52,409 bases of DNA from contig JAZDIA010000019.1 in assembly GCA_043805375.1 (NCBI GenBank), positions 1 to 52,409 of the forward strand, given 5' to 3'. Of this stretch, positions 30,349 to 40,497 are shown in pieces. Numbering within the stretch: the first letter of the stretch is position 1; every line of letters begins with the position of its first letter. This stretch comes from Pseudomonadota bacterium. Lineage in GTDB: Bacteria; Pseudomonadota; Gammaproteobacteria; Burkholderiales; SG8-39. Under the pieces are notes generated by a model. That model searched no databases. It had not been told where the DNA came from and worked only from the letters and a program-made list of their open reading frames with translations. Position numbers and translations under genes: made by a program.

Positions 30349-30362
30349 GATATCATGATATC
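30349..30362. promoter_or_regulatory. Palindromic autoregulatory operator of the TA operon
   Basis: Perfect palindrome GATATCATGATATC 25 bp upstream of the antitoxin start. Confidence 0.6.
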
Positions 30363-30384
30363 ACATGGGCGCCTCAAGCGGACT

Positions 30385-30470
30385 GCGGTCTGCACTGACG
30401 CGAGCGCTTCCACCAGGATCCCGCCAACCGCTGGCTGCGCGGGGTCATGGCCGAGCTGTACATGGAGTAA
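30385..30470 (+). pseudogene. Duplicated 3' end of the LysR gene
   Basis: 30403-30461 matches 28334-28392 at 53/59 nt; reads LH*RERFHQDPANRWLRGVMAELYME*. Confidence 0.85.
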
Positions 30471-30537
30471 ACTGCCCGCCTTCAGCGGCGACTCCAATGT
30501 CGAGGTGAATGTGGCCAAGAAACAGGAAAGCGGTTTC

Positions 30538-31677
30538 ATGAGTTATCGCGCCAGCGCGGCGAAAATCGAATCGATCCAGGCCTGCACCGTGCGCGTGCCG
30601 CTGGATCGGGTCACTTCGTTTGCCACGCGCACCGTGGCGGCGCGCGACTACGGCCTGGTACGGGTGCGCACAGCGGACGGCGCCGAGGGCCTGGGCTTTT
30701 GCTACGCCGGCAGCAAGGCCGGCGGCCTGGTGGCCAAAGCGGTGAGGGAGCTGTTCGTGCCGCTGCTCATCGGCAAGGACCCTTACCGGGTCGAGGGCCA
30801 CTGGGAGGCCATGTACCGGGAAGCGGTGCTGCAGGGCCGCGCCGGCGCGGTGATGCGCGCGCTTTCCATCATCGACATCGCGCTGTGGGATCGCAATGCC
30901 CGTGCCGCCGGGCTGCCGCTGTATAAGTTCCTCGGCGGCTATGCCGAGGGCGGGGTCGAGGCGTATGCGAGCGGCGGTTATTACCTCGACGGCAAAACGC
31001 TGGCCAAGCTCGGCGCCGAACTCGCCGGCTACATGGAGCAGGGCTTTCGTGCGGTGAAAATGAAGGTCGGGCGCCTGGATCCCAAGGCGGAGGAGGCGCG
31101 CATCGCCGCGGCGCGCAAGGCCATCGGTCCCGAGGTGCTGCTGATGCTCGATGCCAACAACGCCTGGTCCGACCTGCCCACCGCGCTGCGCTACGTGGCC
31201 CGCTACGAGGCCTACGATCCGTATTGGATCGAGGAGCCGTTCGGAGTCGACGACATCGACAACCACGCGCGCCTGGCCGAGCGCACGCCGGTGATGGTCG
31301 CGACCGGCGAAATCGAAGTCGGGCGCTGGCGCTTCAAGGAACTGCTGGAGAAGGACGCCGCGCAGATCCTGCAGACCGATGCCGCGGTGTGCGGCGGCAT
31401 CAGCGAATTCCGCCGCATCGCGGCGACCGCGGCGAGCTACGGCGTGACCGTGTGCCCGCACTGGTTCCACGACCTGCACGTGCACCTGGTCGCATCCACG
31501 CCCAACGCGCGCTTCGTCGAATTGTTTACCGACGACCAGGTGCTCAACTTCCGCCGCCTGGTCGACCGCCAGCTCGAGTTCAAGGGCGGCAAGCTGCTGC
31601 TCCCCACGGAGCCGGGCCTGGGCTTCGGCTTCGACGCCAAAATGATCAAAAAGTACGCGCTCGATACCTGGGCGTGA
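30538..31677 (+). CDS. Mandelate racemase/muconate lactonizing (enolase superfamily) acid-sugar dehydratase-like enzyme
   Basis: IDIALWD, YASGGYY, KMK, LDAN, IEEP, TGE metal ligands, PGLG. Confidence 0.9.
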   Translation: MSYRASAAKIESIQACTVRVPLDRVTSFATRTVAARDYGLVRVRTADGAEGLGFCYAGSKAGGLVAKAVRELFVPLLIGKDPYRVEGHWEAMYREAVLQGRAGAVMRALSIIDIALWDRNARAAGLPLYKFLGGYAEGGVEAYASGGYYLDGKTLAKLGAELAGYMEQGFRAVKMKVGRLDPKAEEARIAAARKAIGPEVLLMLDANNAWSDLPTALRYVARYEAYDPYWIEEPFGVDDIDNHARLAERTPVMVATGEIEVGRWRFKELLEKDAAQILQTDAAVCGGISEFRRIAATAASYGVTVCPHWFHDLHVHLVASTPNARFVELFTDDQVLNFRRLVDRQLEFKGGKLLLPTEPGLGFGFDAKMIKKYALDTWA

Positions 31678-31705
31678 GCGCGCCATCGGCGTTAAGGAAC
31701 AGCGC

Positions 31706-32512
31706 ATGAAACGCATACTGATCACCGGCGCCGCCGGCGCCATCGGCAGGGCCCTGCGCGCGGCCTACGCGGGAAAATACCGCTTGCGCCTGTCGGACAT
31801 CGCCCCTTTGGGCGAGGCGGCGGCGGGCGAGGAACTCGTGCGCGCCGACCTTGCCGATCTCGCGGCGTGCGAGCCGCTGATGCAGGGCGTGGAATGCGTG
31901 GTGCACCTGGGCGCAGTGCCGGTAGAGGACGCGTGGGAGAAGATCCTGCCGGCGAACATCGCCGGCTGCTACAACGTGTTCGAGGCGGCGCGGCGCGCCG
32001 CGGTGAAGCGCGTGATTTTTGCCAGCTCCAACCACGCCATCGGTTTTCACCGGCGCGAGCGCTTCATCGACAACACGGTGCAGCCGCGCCCGGACACGCG
32101 CTACGGCGTGTCCAAGGTGTTCGGCGAGGCGCTCGGGCGCCTGTATGCCGACAAGCACGGGCTGTCGGTCGCGTGCCTGCGCATCGGCACCTTCCGCAAC
32201 CCCGACCGCCCGGACAACGCGCGCCAGCTGCTTACCTGGATCAGCCATCGCGACATGGTGCAGTTGGTCGAGCGCTGCATCGATCATCCGGATTACCATT
32301 TCGTCGTGGTCTACGGCGTATCCAACAACCTGCGCAGCCGCTGGGACAACACCAACGTCAAGTTCCTCGGCTACCGGCCGGAGGACGATTCGGAAATCTA
32401 CGCGGCGGAAATCCTGGCCCGAGGCGAAGTGGAAAACGAAATATCCGCGCAATTCCACGGCGGTTTTTTCACGCCCATGGAATTTTCCGGGGACCCCGGC
32501 AAGATCGACTGA
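31706..32512 (+). CDS. Uronate dehydrogenase-like extended SDR
   Basis: TGAAGAIG, FASSNHAIGF, RPDTRYGVSKVFGE, GVSNN..SRWDN, FHGG as in the Udh family. Confidence 0.82.
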   Translation: MKRILITGAAGAIGRALRAAYAGKYRLRLSDIAPLGEAAAGEELVRADLADLAACEPLMQGVECVVHLGAVPVEDAWEKILPANIAGCYNVFEAARRAAVKRVIFASSNHAIGFHRRERFIDNTVQPRPDTRYGVSKVFGEALGRLYADKHGLSVACLRIGTFRNPDRPDNARQLLTWISHRDMVQLVERCIDHPDYHFVVVYGVSNNLRSRWDNTNVKFLGYRPEDDSEIYAAEILARGEVENEISAQFHGGFFTPMEFSGDPGKID

Positions 32513-32544
32513 CCCAAATCACTTTCCGCAATACTGGGACCAAA

Positions 32545-32724
32545 TTGACGACCAAAAAACGCGGCCCCGGCCCCAAGAAAGCGCAAGCCATAGAGCTGGC
32601 CCGGCGCCGCAGCGCGCACCGCCCGCTCAAGCTTCAGGCCGAGCGCGGCTACGCCAAGCTGTATATGAAGAGCGTGCTGCAGGCCGAGCAAGGCTGCGAT
32701 TTCGATTTCCTCAGAAAAGTCTGA
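32545..32724 (+). pseudogene. IlvD/Edd-family sugar-acid dehydratase reduced to its two ends
   Basis: TTG start, then ELARRR...ERGYAKLYMKSVLQAEQGCDFDFL*, the family's C-terminal signature; ~500 codons absent. Confidence 0.8.
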
Positions 32725-32773
32725 GCAAGCTGTTTCTCGGCTGACCGTCACCACGCTACCTGGAGCAAGCGCT

Positions 32774-33691
32774 ATGACCCAACGCATCACCGGAGTATTG
32801 TCCCCCGTCGTCACCCCGTTCAAGCCCGATTGCAGCCCCGACACCGAGCGCTTCGTGCGCCAGTGCAAGTGGCTCATAGCCAACAACGTCGGCCTGGCGG
32901 TGTTCGGCACCAATTCCGAAGCCAATTCGTTAGCCGCAGGCGAGCGCATGGAATTGCTGGAGAAACTGATGGAGGCCGGGGTCGATCCGGCGCGCATGAT
33001 GCCCGGCACCGGCTGCTGCGCGCTCACCGATTCGGTGCGCCTTACGGCGCATGCGCTGAAGCTCGGCTGCGCCGGCGCGCTGATACTGCCGCCGTTCTAC
33101 TACAAAGGCGTGTCGGACGAGGGCCTCTACCGCAATTACGCCGAAATCGTCGAGCGCGTCGGCGATGCGCGCCTGCAGATCTACCTCTATCACATTCCGC
33201 AGGTGACCCAGGTGCCGATCAGCCTCGCGCTGATCGAGCGCCTGCTCAAGGCTTACCCGAAGAACATCGCCGGCACCAAAGACTCATCCGGCGACTGGAA
33301 CAATACCAAGGCGACGCTGGATGCGTTTGGCAAGGACGGCTTCGACGTGTTTCCCGGCAGCGAAACCTTCCTGCTCTCGGGTATGCGCAACGGCGGCAAG
33401 GGCTGCATCAGCGCCACCGCCAACGTCAATCCGGTGGCGATCCACGAGCTCTACACGGAATGGAAGTCGGACGGCGCGGACAAACTGCAGCAGGGCCTGA
33501 ACCGCATACGGCTCATCTTCCAGAAATATCCGATGATTCCGGCACTGAAGTGTGCGGTCGCGCATTGGAGCGGGTCCCCCGGCTGGAGCAAGGTACGCCC
33601 GCCACTGGTGGAACTCGGCGCCGAACAGTCGGCGGCGCTAATCGCGGAATTGCAGGCATGCGGCTTCTCGATGCCCGGTTTGAAGGGCTGA
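32774..33691 (+). CDS. Dihydrodipicolinate synthase/N-acetylneuraminate lyase family protein
   Basis: VTPF, FGTNSE, PPFYYK, YLYHIP, Schiff-base KDSSGD. Confidence 0.9.
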   Translation: MTQRITGVLSPVVTPFKPDCSPDTERFVRQCKWLIANNVGLAVFGTNSEANSLAAGERMELLEKLMEAGVDPARMMPGTGCCALTDSVRLTAHALKLGCAGALILPPFYYKGVSDEGLYRNYAEIVERVGDARLQIYLYHIPQVTQVPISLALIERLLKAYPKNIAGTKDSSGDWNNTKATLDAFGKDGFDVFPGSETFLLSGMRNGGKGCISATANVNPVAIHELYTEWKSDGADKLQQGLNRIRLIFQKYPMIPALKCAVAHWSGSPGWSKVRPPLVELGAEQSAALIAELQACGFSMPGLKG

Positions 33692-33716
33692 TGATGCTGG
33701 ATGCGCTCGGGGACGG

Positions 33717-34799
<1,083 letters not shown>

Positions 34800-34836
34800 G
34801 AGGACGATCCGGCGCGCGCCGGTGGGCAGCGCCAAG

Positions 34837-35049
34837 TTATGCCGCAATCTCAACGTACTCGACTCGACTCGCAGCTTGCGGAATTGGAGCACCATCCTCG
34901 CGCAGACCGTCAAGATGAAATTCGATGGCCTCTCGGATTTGCGATTCCGTTTCCGCAACTGTCGTGCCGGTGGCCACGCACCCGGGTAGATCGGGAACGT
35001 AGGCCGAGTAATTGTTTTCTGCTTTCTCGATCACGATGGCGTAACGCAT
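34837..35049 (-). CDS. hicB: HicB-family antitoxin (short form)
   Basis: [24 protein letters not shown]...[10 protein letters not shown]. Confidence 0.92.
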   Translation of the reverse strand: MRYAIVIEKAENNYSAYVPDLPGCVATGTTVAETESQIREAIEFHLDGLREDGAPIPQAASRVEYVEIAA

Positions 35050-35056
35050 TGGGACC

Positions 35057-35245
35057 TCACTTTTCTAACCCAGCTTGTTTCAAGATACTGTTCAGCGTAC
35101 CCGGAGCGAGATCGTCACTCGGTTTTCCCGGAACCGTAACGCGGCCCGGTTCAAACGAATGTTTAAATTGTCGGTAACTTCCCCGGGTAGCCACCAAATG
35201 CCAGCCATCATCTTGCAACATTCGGAGCACCTCGCTGACCTTCAG
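35057..35245 (-). pseudogene. hicA: HicA toxin, probably inactivated; not in the ORF track
   Basis: (L)KVSEVLRMLQDDGWHLVATRGSYRQFKH...GRVTVPGKPSDDLAPGTLNSILKQAGLEK*; CTG at the start position and GSY in place of catalytic GSH. Confidence 0.85.
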
Positions 35246-35366
35246 TCACTCAGCATATCAGGGTTCCGCACCTGCTGTAGATTTGCGGCATGCGATGTCA
35301 GGTTACAACGCCTATACTGGGCTCGGTTACGACGTACAACACGAATCAATGAAGAAGGGATGGGCG

Positions 35367-36551
35367 ATGATGACTATGCGCGTTTTGGTTGCGGCGGTAA
35401 GTTTGGCTGTGCTCGCAGGCTGCGCCGGCATGCAGCAATCGGGCGGCAAGCGCGAACTGATGATCGTCGGCAACGACGAGAAAGTGTCGTGGGACGAGGC
35501 CGGCAAACTGGTGCTTCTGCCGCCGGGCAAGGACACCGTGTCGGTGATCGATATCGGCACCGATCCGCTTGCGCCCAGGATTCTGGCCAACCTGGCGCTG
35601 ATGAATTCGATCGTCGGGCCGCCCGTGAACCTGGCGATCACGCCGGACGAGGGCCTCGCGCTGGTGGCGAATTCGATGGACGTGCAGACGGACGGTGCGG
35701 GCTGGAAGATGGTGCCGGACAACAAGCTCTATGTCATCGACCTGACAGCGACGCCGCCGGAGTTGATCGACACGGTAACGGTCGGCAAGCAGCCCTCGGG
35801 CATGTCGATCAATCGCGCGGGCAATCTCGCGTTGATCGCCAACCGCGCCGATAATTCGGTCAGCGTGCTGCGCATCGAGGGCAAGAAGGTGACGCTCATC
35901 GACACGGTGGCCATAGGCGAGCAGGTGGCGCACGTGGTGTTCACGCCCGACGGCAAGCGCGCGCTCGCGGGCAAGTTCCCCAACCACAAGGTCGCGCTGC
36001 TCGAAGTGGCCGGCGAGAGCGTGACTTACGCGAAGCAGGACGTCCCGGTCGGGCTGTGGCCGTATAACCTCGACGTCACGCCCGACGGCAAGCTTGCGCT
36101 CACCGCGGACAACGGCAACGCCGGCGCGGCGGACGGGCATGTGGACACGGTGACGGTAATCGATACCGAGGCGAATCCGGCGCGCTTGATCGACAAGGTG
36201 GTGGTGGGCGATGCGCCGGAAGGCTTTGCCATCAGCCCGACCGGCAAGCTCGCGGTCGCGCTGCTGTTGAAAGGCAGCAACTCCGCCCAGTCCGCGTGGT
36301 TCTACAACCGCAATGCGACGGTGGTCGCCCTGAAAATCGACGGCAAGAAGGTGACGCGCACGAACGAAGTGGAGGTGCGCGGGTTGCCGGAGGGCGTGGT
36401 GTTCAGCAACGACGGGCGCTACATTTACGTCGGCAACTTCATGGACAGCGACATCTCCATTCTGCGCGTGGACGGCGACCGGATCGTGAACACGGGCAAG
36501 TCGCTCGCATTGCCCGGCCACCCGGCGTCGATGCGCGGGCGCACGCGTTAG
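35367..36551 (+). CDS. YVTN/YncE-type beta-propeller lipoprotein
   Basis: Lipobox LAGC; repeats AITPDEG, FTPDGKRA, VTPDGKLA, ISPTGKLA, FSNDGRY. Confidence 0.85.
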   Translation: MMTMRVLVAAVSLAVLAGCAGMQQSGGKRELMIVGNDEKVSWDEAGKLVLLPPGKDTVSVIDIGTDPLAPRILANLALMNSIVGPPVNLAITPDEGLALVANSMDVQTDGAGWKMVPDNKLYVIDLTATPPELIDTVTVGKQPSGMSINRAGNLALIANRADNSVSVLRIEGKKVTLIDTVAIGEQVAHVVFTPDGKRALAGKFPNHKVALLEVAGESVTYAKQDVPVGLWPYNLDVTPDGKLALTADNGNAGAADGHVDTVTVIDTEANPARLIDKVVVGDAPEGFAISPTGKLAVALLLKGSNSAQSAWFYNRNATVVALKIDGKKVTRTNEVEVRGLPEGVVFSNDGRYIYVGNFMDSDISILRVDGDRIVNTGKSLALPGHPASMRGRTR

Positions 36552-36589
36552 GCGGGGACCGCAGGTCGGATCGGCGACTCGGATAGAAG

Positions 36590-37837
36590 TCAGCGGCTGA
36601 CCCGGTTCCGCCCCGCCTCCTTCGCCCGGTACAGTGCCCGGTCAGCGGCGCGCAGAACCTCGGCGGGCGTCGAGCGCAGGTCGTCCGGCTCGGCGACGCC
36701 GATGCTCACCGTCACCGACAGCGTCTTGTCGGGCGAGCGCAAGTGGCGCAGCCTGGTTCCGGCCTCGGGGTCTTTCGGCCGATCGTCGCTGCGCACCGCC
36801 ATCCGGTAGGCGGCGATGTCCGCGCGCATTCTCTCGACATGCGGCATGGCCTGATCTAAAGCGCAGCCGTCGAACAACAGGCAGAATTCCTCGCCGCCGT
36901 AGCGGTAGGCGGTACCGCCGCCTTCGATCTCGGCGAGGCGCGCGGCAACCAGCTTCAGCAGCTGGTCGCCGATGTCATGACCGTGGGTGTCGTTGAATTC
37001 CTTGAAGTGGTCCACATCCACCATCGCGATCGCGTGAACCGGACCGAGCCCGTGCAGCCGCTCTTCCAGCGCGCGGCGGCTCGGCAGGCTGGTCAGCTCG
37101 TCGCGGAACGCGAGGCGGTGCGATTCTTGCAACAGCGACACTAGCATGATGGCGCCGGCAGCCGCCATGAATGTGTTGAACGCCGACACTGCAGCCACCC
37201 ACTCGCAGGCGATGAAGAAGGCCACGAGGGCGCCCGCCAGTCCAATGTCCAGCGGTCGCGTGTGGGTTCGAGGAGGTCTTGGCGACGCCCGCCAGATTGC
37301 GGCGATCAGAGCCGCGACCAACAGCAGCCCCCCGGCGGGGGGCATCGGCGGAGAACGGAGCAGCCAGTGCTCGAACAGGTCCTGCCACACCGTGCCGGAC
37401 AGGCTGCTTCGGCCGGCGCTCGCGATCCAGGCGACGAACAGGGTTTCCACCACGGCCAGCATGAGCCAGCGATAGTTGAAGTGGTGGGATACGCCGCGCT
37501 CGGGGAAGACTAGCGCCAGCAGGAAGTTGAGCGGAACGAGAACCGCGGCTGCGGTGAATACCGCGCGCGCGGCGAAGCTGGCGGCGCCGAACTCGAGCGC
37601 GAGGCTGTAGCCGGCAAAGGCGGCGAGCAGCGACGCGAGTGCGATGAATGCGCGGCCGCGATTGAACCACAGCCCCATGCCGGTTCCGAACAGCAGTACC
37701 ACATAGGGCCCCAGCGTCTTCAAGCCGGAGAGGGAGGGCGGCAGCGCCGGGCCTGCGGACAGCGCGAGCACGGCGGCCAACAGGATCGCGGCCGGCGCGA
37801 GTACAGGCCGAAAAGCGCGGAGGAGCGAAAGGTTCAA
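36590..37837 (-). CDS. Membrane-bound diguanylate cyclase (GGDEF)
   Basis: Multiple TM helices then DELTSLPSRR, DVDHFKEFNDTHGH, RYGGEEF, ADRALYRAK; TTG start overlaps upstream stop. Confidence 0.9.
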   Translation of the reverse strand: MNLSLLRAFRPVLAPAAILLAAVLALSAGPALPPSLSGLKTLGPYVVLLFGTGMGLWFNRGRAFIALASLLAAFAGYSLALEFGAASFAARAVFTAAAVLVPLNFLLALVFPERGVSHHFNYRWLMLAVVETLFVAWIASAGRSSLSGTVWQDLFEHWLLRSPPMPPAGGLLLVAALIAAIWRASPRPPRTHTRPLDIGLAGALVAFFIACEWVAAVSAFNTFMAAAGAIMLVSLLQESHRLAFRDELTSLPSRRALEERLHGLGPVHAIAMVDVDHFKEFNDTHGHDIGDQLLKLVAARLAEIEGGGTAYRYGGEEFCLLFDGCALDQAMPHVERMRADIAAYRMAVRSDDRPKDPEAGTRLRHLRSPDKTLSVTVSIGVAEPDDLRSTPAEVLRAADRALYRAKEAGRNRVSR

Positions 37838-38724
37838 CGGTGTGTGCGCGCGCTCGACGCGGCAAGTTCGTTGAAGAGCAGAGCGGCGATCACCAAGGCG
37901 CCGCCGGCCAGCGTGGCCGGCGCCGGCGCTTCGCCCGCGCCGAGCCAGGCCCACAGCGGACCGAGCACCACCTCGAGCAGCGCGAGCAGCGCGATCTCGG
38001 ACGCCGACAGATGCGGGCTCGCGCGCACCAACAGCATGCAGGGCAGGCCGAGCTGCAAGCTGCCGAGCAGTGCAAGCAGGACGAGGTCGTGCGCGTTCGC
38101 GCTGAAGGGCAGCGCGAAGGGCAGGGTGGCGGCGGCGGAGAAGACGCCACCCAGCAACACCGCCGGGATGAGATCCACCGATCGGCCGGCGTGCTTGAGC
38201 GTGACCAGATTGACGGCTGCGGCTAGGGGCACCGCGAGCGCGATCAGCATCCCGGCGAGGTGGCGCGGCTCGCCGCCGGCGAAGCCGGAGCCGAACATCC
38301 ACAGCATGCCCGCGATGGCGAGTGCGATCGCCGCCCAGGTGCGCGGCGCGATCGGCTCGCGCAGCACCGCGCGCGCGAGCAGCGCCGTGATCAGCGGTGT
38401 GATGCTGTTGACGATCAGGGTGTTCGCGGTGGTGGTGGTCATGAGGGCCAGCATGAACGCCGCGAACATGATGGCCCACATCGCACCTGAAAGCACACCG
38501 TAGCCGCCTGCGGCGCGCACCGCCTCCCAGGTTTTGGCGCCGCGCGTGAGCAGCAGCACGGCCAGCACGAAGACGGCGGCGAACAGGCTGCGCCAGAATG
38601 TGACTTCCCAGCGTCCGGCGAATTCCAGGTGCCGCGTGACCACGCCGGCAATGCTCCACAGCATCGGCGCGACGATCATCAATGCTATCGCGCGGCGGTG
38701 CGCGCGCGGGTCGGGGTCGTTCAT
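37834..38724 (-). CDS. DMT/EamA-family transporter
   Basis: ~10 hydrophobic helices in two repeats; LLEVVLGPLWAWLGAGE. Confidence 0.88.
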   Translation of the reverse strand: MNDPDPRAHRRAIALMIVAPMLWSIAGVVTRHLEFAGRWEVTFWRSLFAAVFVLAVLLLTRGAKTWEAVRAAGGYGVLSGAMWAIMFAAFMLALMTTTTANTLIVNSITPLITALLARAVLREPIAPRTWAAIALAIAGMLWMFGSGFAGGEPRHLAGMLIALAVPLAAAVNLVTLKHAGRSVDLIPAVLLGGVFSAAATLPFALPFSANAHDLVLLALLGSLQLGLPCMLLVRASPHLSASEIALLALLEVVLGPLWAWLGAGEAPAPATLAGGALVIAALLFNELAASSARTHR

Positions 38725-38997
38725 CGCGCGCTGACTGACCAGGGCGGCACGCGGGCACTTTCGATGCAATTCGGGGTGCGGAGGAATATCACGGACTTTT
38801 CCCTACGTTGGCTCAACCCGGCAGATTACGGATCATCAATCGCCCCCGATTGTGCCATGAGTCGCGTTCCGCTTTGCAGGCGGACCTTGATTGTTCGCGG
38901 CCGATCATTGCAGCGGTTCGCATGCGGTCCGGCAATTCGGTCACGGCGATTCGGCCAAATTGCGCTCGTACGCAAGCTGGGCTAGACTGATCCGCAT

Positions 38998-39312
38998 ATG
39001 CGAACAGATGAAAACACCCAACCCGATCGTGCCGCTGGAATAGCTGGCGTCACGCCCTGGCACGTAAAGTATGTCCGGCCGCTCGCCGACTTCACGCTGG
39101 AAGTGAAATTTGCCGACGGCACTCAGGGATTGGTGGATATGGCACGCCTCCTGGCGCGCGAATGCGGCGTATTCGAGCCATTGCGCGAACCGTCGCTATT
39201 CAATCAGGTGTTTGTCGATGACGGTGCCGTGGCATGGCCGGGTGGCCTGGACCTGGCTCCTGACACGATGTACGAAGAATTGTGTAAGGCCGGCGTCTAT
39301 GCAATGCGGTGA
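38998..39312 (+). CDS. DUF2442-family putative antitoxin
   Basis: LEVKFADG..G.VDM...GVFEPL...F.QV...GAVAWPGGLDLAPDTMY. Confidence 0.85.
   Translation: MRTDENTQPDRAAGIAGVTPWHVKYVRPLADFTLEVKFADGTQGLVDMARLLARECGVFEPLREPSLFNQVFVDDGAVAWPGGLDLAPDTMYEELCKAGVYAMR
38999..39043 (+). pseudogene. Last 14 codons of a DUF4160-like partner toxin
   Basis: Overlapping frame reads CEQMKTPNPIVPLE*, resembling the I.PLE* ending of DUF4160 genes that overlap DUF2442 starts. Confidence 0.5.
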
Positions 39313-39468
39313 TGCATCCGTGTAAAGCGACAGCATAATCTGCGGTTTATTACGCTAAGCGCTGAAGCTTACGATCCTCTGGAATCACCTACCTGCGGAG
39401 CCGGCGTTAATCCAATCGCGTGCTACGTAGCCAGGGCGCAGATTGCCGCCCAGTTCTATGAGCCGGAG

Positions 39469-39774
39469 TTGGGACTGGCAGTTGCCAAATATGATGGCCG
39501 CAAAGACAACTACGCCGATATGCTCAAGAAGATCAATAGCCGCAAAGAGTGGCATCGCGAGCAAATAGACCCGCTATATGCCGCCGCCGCAAGGCACCTA
39601 GCGGGAAACATAGATGGCATGAATCTGCTAAAGGATTTTCACGCCTTCTGGCTCGGCACCTTGGACAGTTTTCCCCCGCGCTTGGACGAAACAGAAAATG
39701 CGTATAAACGTCGCGTGGCGGACCGAAAAGCCGCGCTGCACGATAAAGAAATCCGCTTGCTGCTTGAGAAGTAA
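39469..39774 (+). CDS. Hypothetical protein, probably 5'-truncated
   Basis: Frame is open from 39313 without an ATG before 39520; atypical codon usage; no motif recognised. Confidence 0.4.
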   Translation: MGLAVAKYDGRKDNYADMLKKINSRKEWHREQIDPLYAAAARHLAGNIDGMNLLKDFHAFWLGTLDSFPPRLDETENAYKRRVADRKAALHDKEIRLLLEK

Positions 39775-39941
39775 TGGCTACCCCGCTGCCGAGCACGTTA
39801 ACCCAGCGTTACCGTAAGCTGCCAGCGGTGCCCAGAATTGCACTGGTCGGGGAGCCGATTAGCGCGCGAACGCGCCCGACATTTTGGCCTGCGCGAGCAT
39901 CAGCCTGCGGATGATCCGGAACCGCGCCGCCGGTGGCGAAA

Positions 39942-40436
39942 TCATCCTTCAGTCATGCCCGAAGTATCTTCCGCCTTCCTTAGATAGGTGTGATCGCAAT
40001 AAGCGTCTCCGGTAGCCAATTGATGGATGCGTTCGAAGCGCCATTTGTCCCGGTTTTCCTTGGCAATCTCCCAATCCGCTTGGCACACGAAAGGCGTTGC
40101 GCCGGAAAGGCCCAGGGTTTTCAGCGTGTCGCAGATCGGACAGTAAGTAATGTTCATTTCGACGACATCGCCGGTGTCTTTGACGATTGAAAAATCAAAA
40201 AAAGGCCTCCATAGCCAGAATCCCTTCTTCATCTTCGTGGAAAAGCTGCCGAAGTCCGACGCGCTTTCCATTCTCGGTACCCAATTCCGCGCGAATGGCC
40301 CGGAGGCCAATGTAAAAAGCGGCCCGCTTAATTCGATCGCTTTCTTCCTGCCCACAAACACCGCAAGGGCGTATGTCCCGGCTATACCGGGAGCAAGTAT
40401 TGCAGTCGCCGCGATTCGTCTGAAGAGCCTTTTCAT
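39942..40436 (-). CDS. L-2-amino-thiazoline-4-carboxylic acid hydrolase-like family protein
   Basis: ITYCPI...VCQAD...FERIHQLATGDAYCD Cys pattern; RBS GGAG. Confidence 0.7.
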   Translation of the reverse strand: MKRLFRRIAATAILAPGIAGTYALAVFVGRKKAIELSGPLFTLASGPFARNWVPRMESASDFGSFSTKMKKGFWLWRPFFDFSIVKDTGDVVEMNITYCPICDTLKTLGLSGATPFVCQADWEIAKENRDKWRFERIHQLATGDAYCDHTYLRKAEDTSGMTEG

Positions 40437-40497
40437 GGTGAGCTCCAAGTAGCTGGATGCAGTATTTGGGCAGGAGCGCAATCGTGGACGCAGGCCG

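Larger units (their letters stand above)
28408..30386. mobile_element. ~2-kb inserted islet (no integrase seen)
   Basis: AGCGGACTGC at both 28408-28417 and 30377-30386; visibly AT-richer DNA; carries a TA module; followed by a duplicate of the LysR 3' end. Confidence 0.55.

Noticed and set aside
30538-31677. Enolase-family gene as a true mandelate racemase feeding the pad operon
   Set aside because: It is co-oriented with Udh-like, IlvD/Edd and DHDPS-family genes, which points to acid-sugar metabolism; no mandelate dehydrogenase is in the window
39859-39940. Minus-strand peptide RFRIIRRLMLAQAKMSGAFAR* resembling a displaced gene 3' end
   Set aside because: Too short to assign and no matching parent gene in the window
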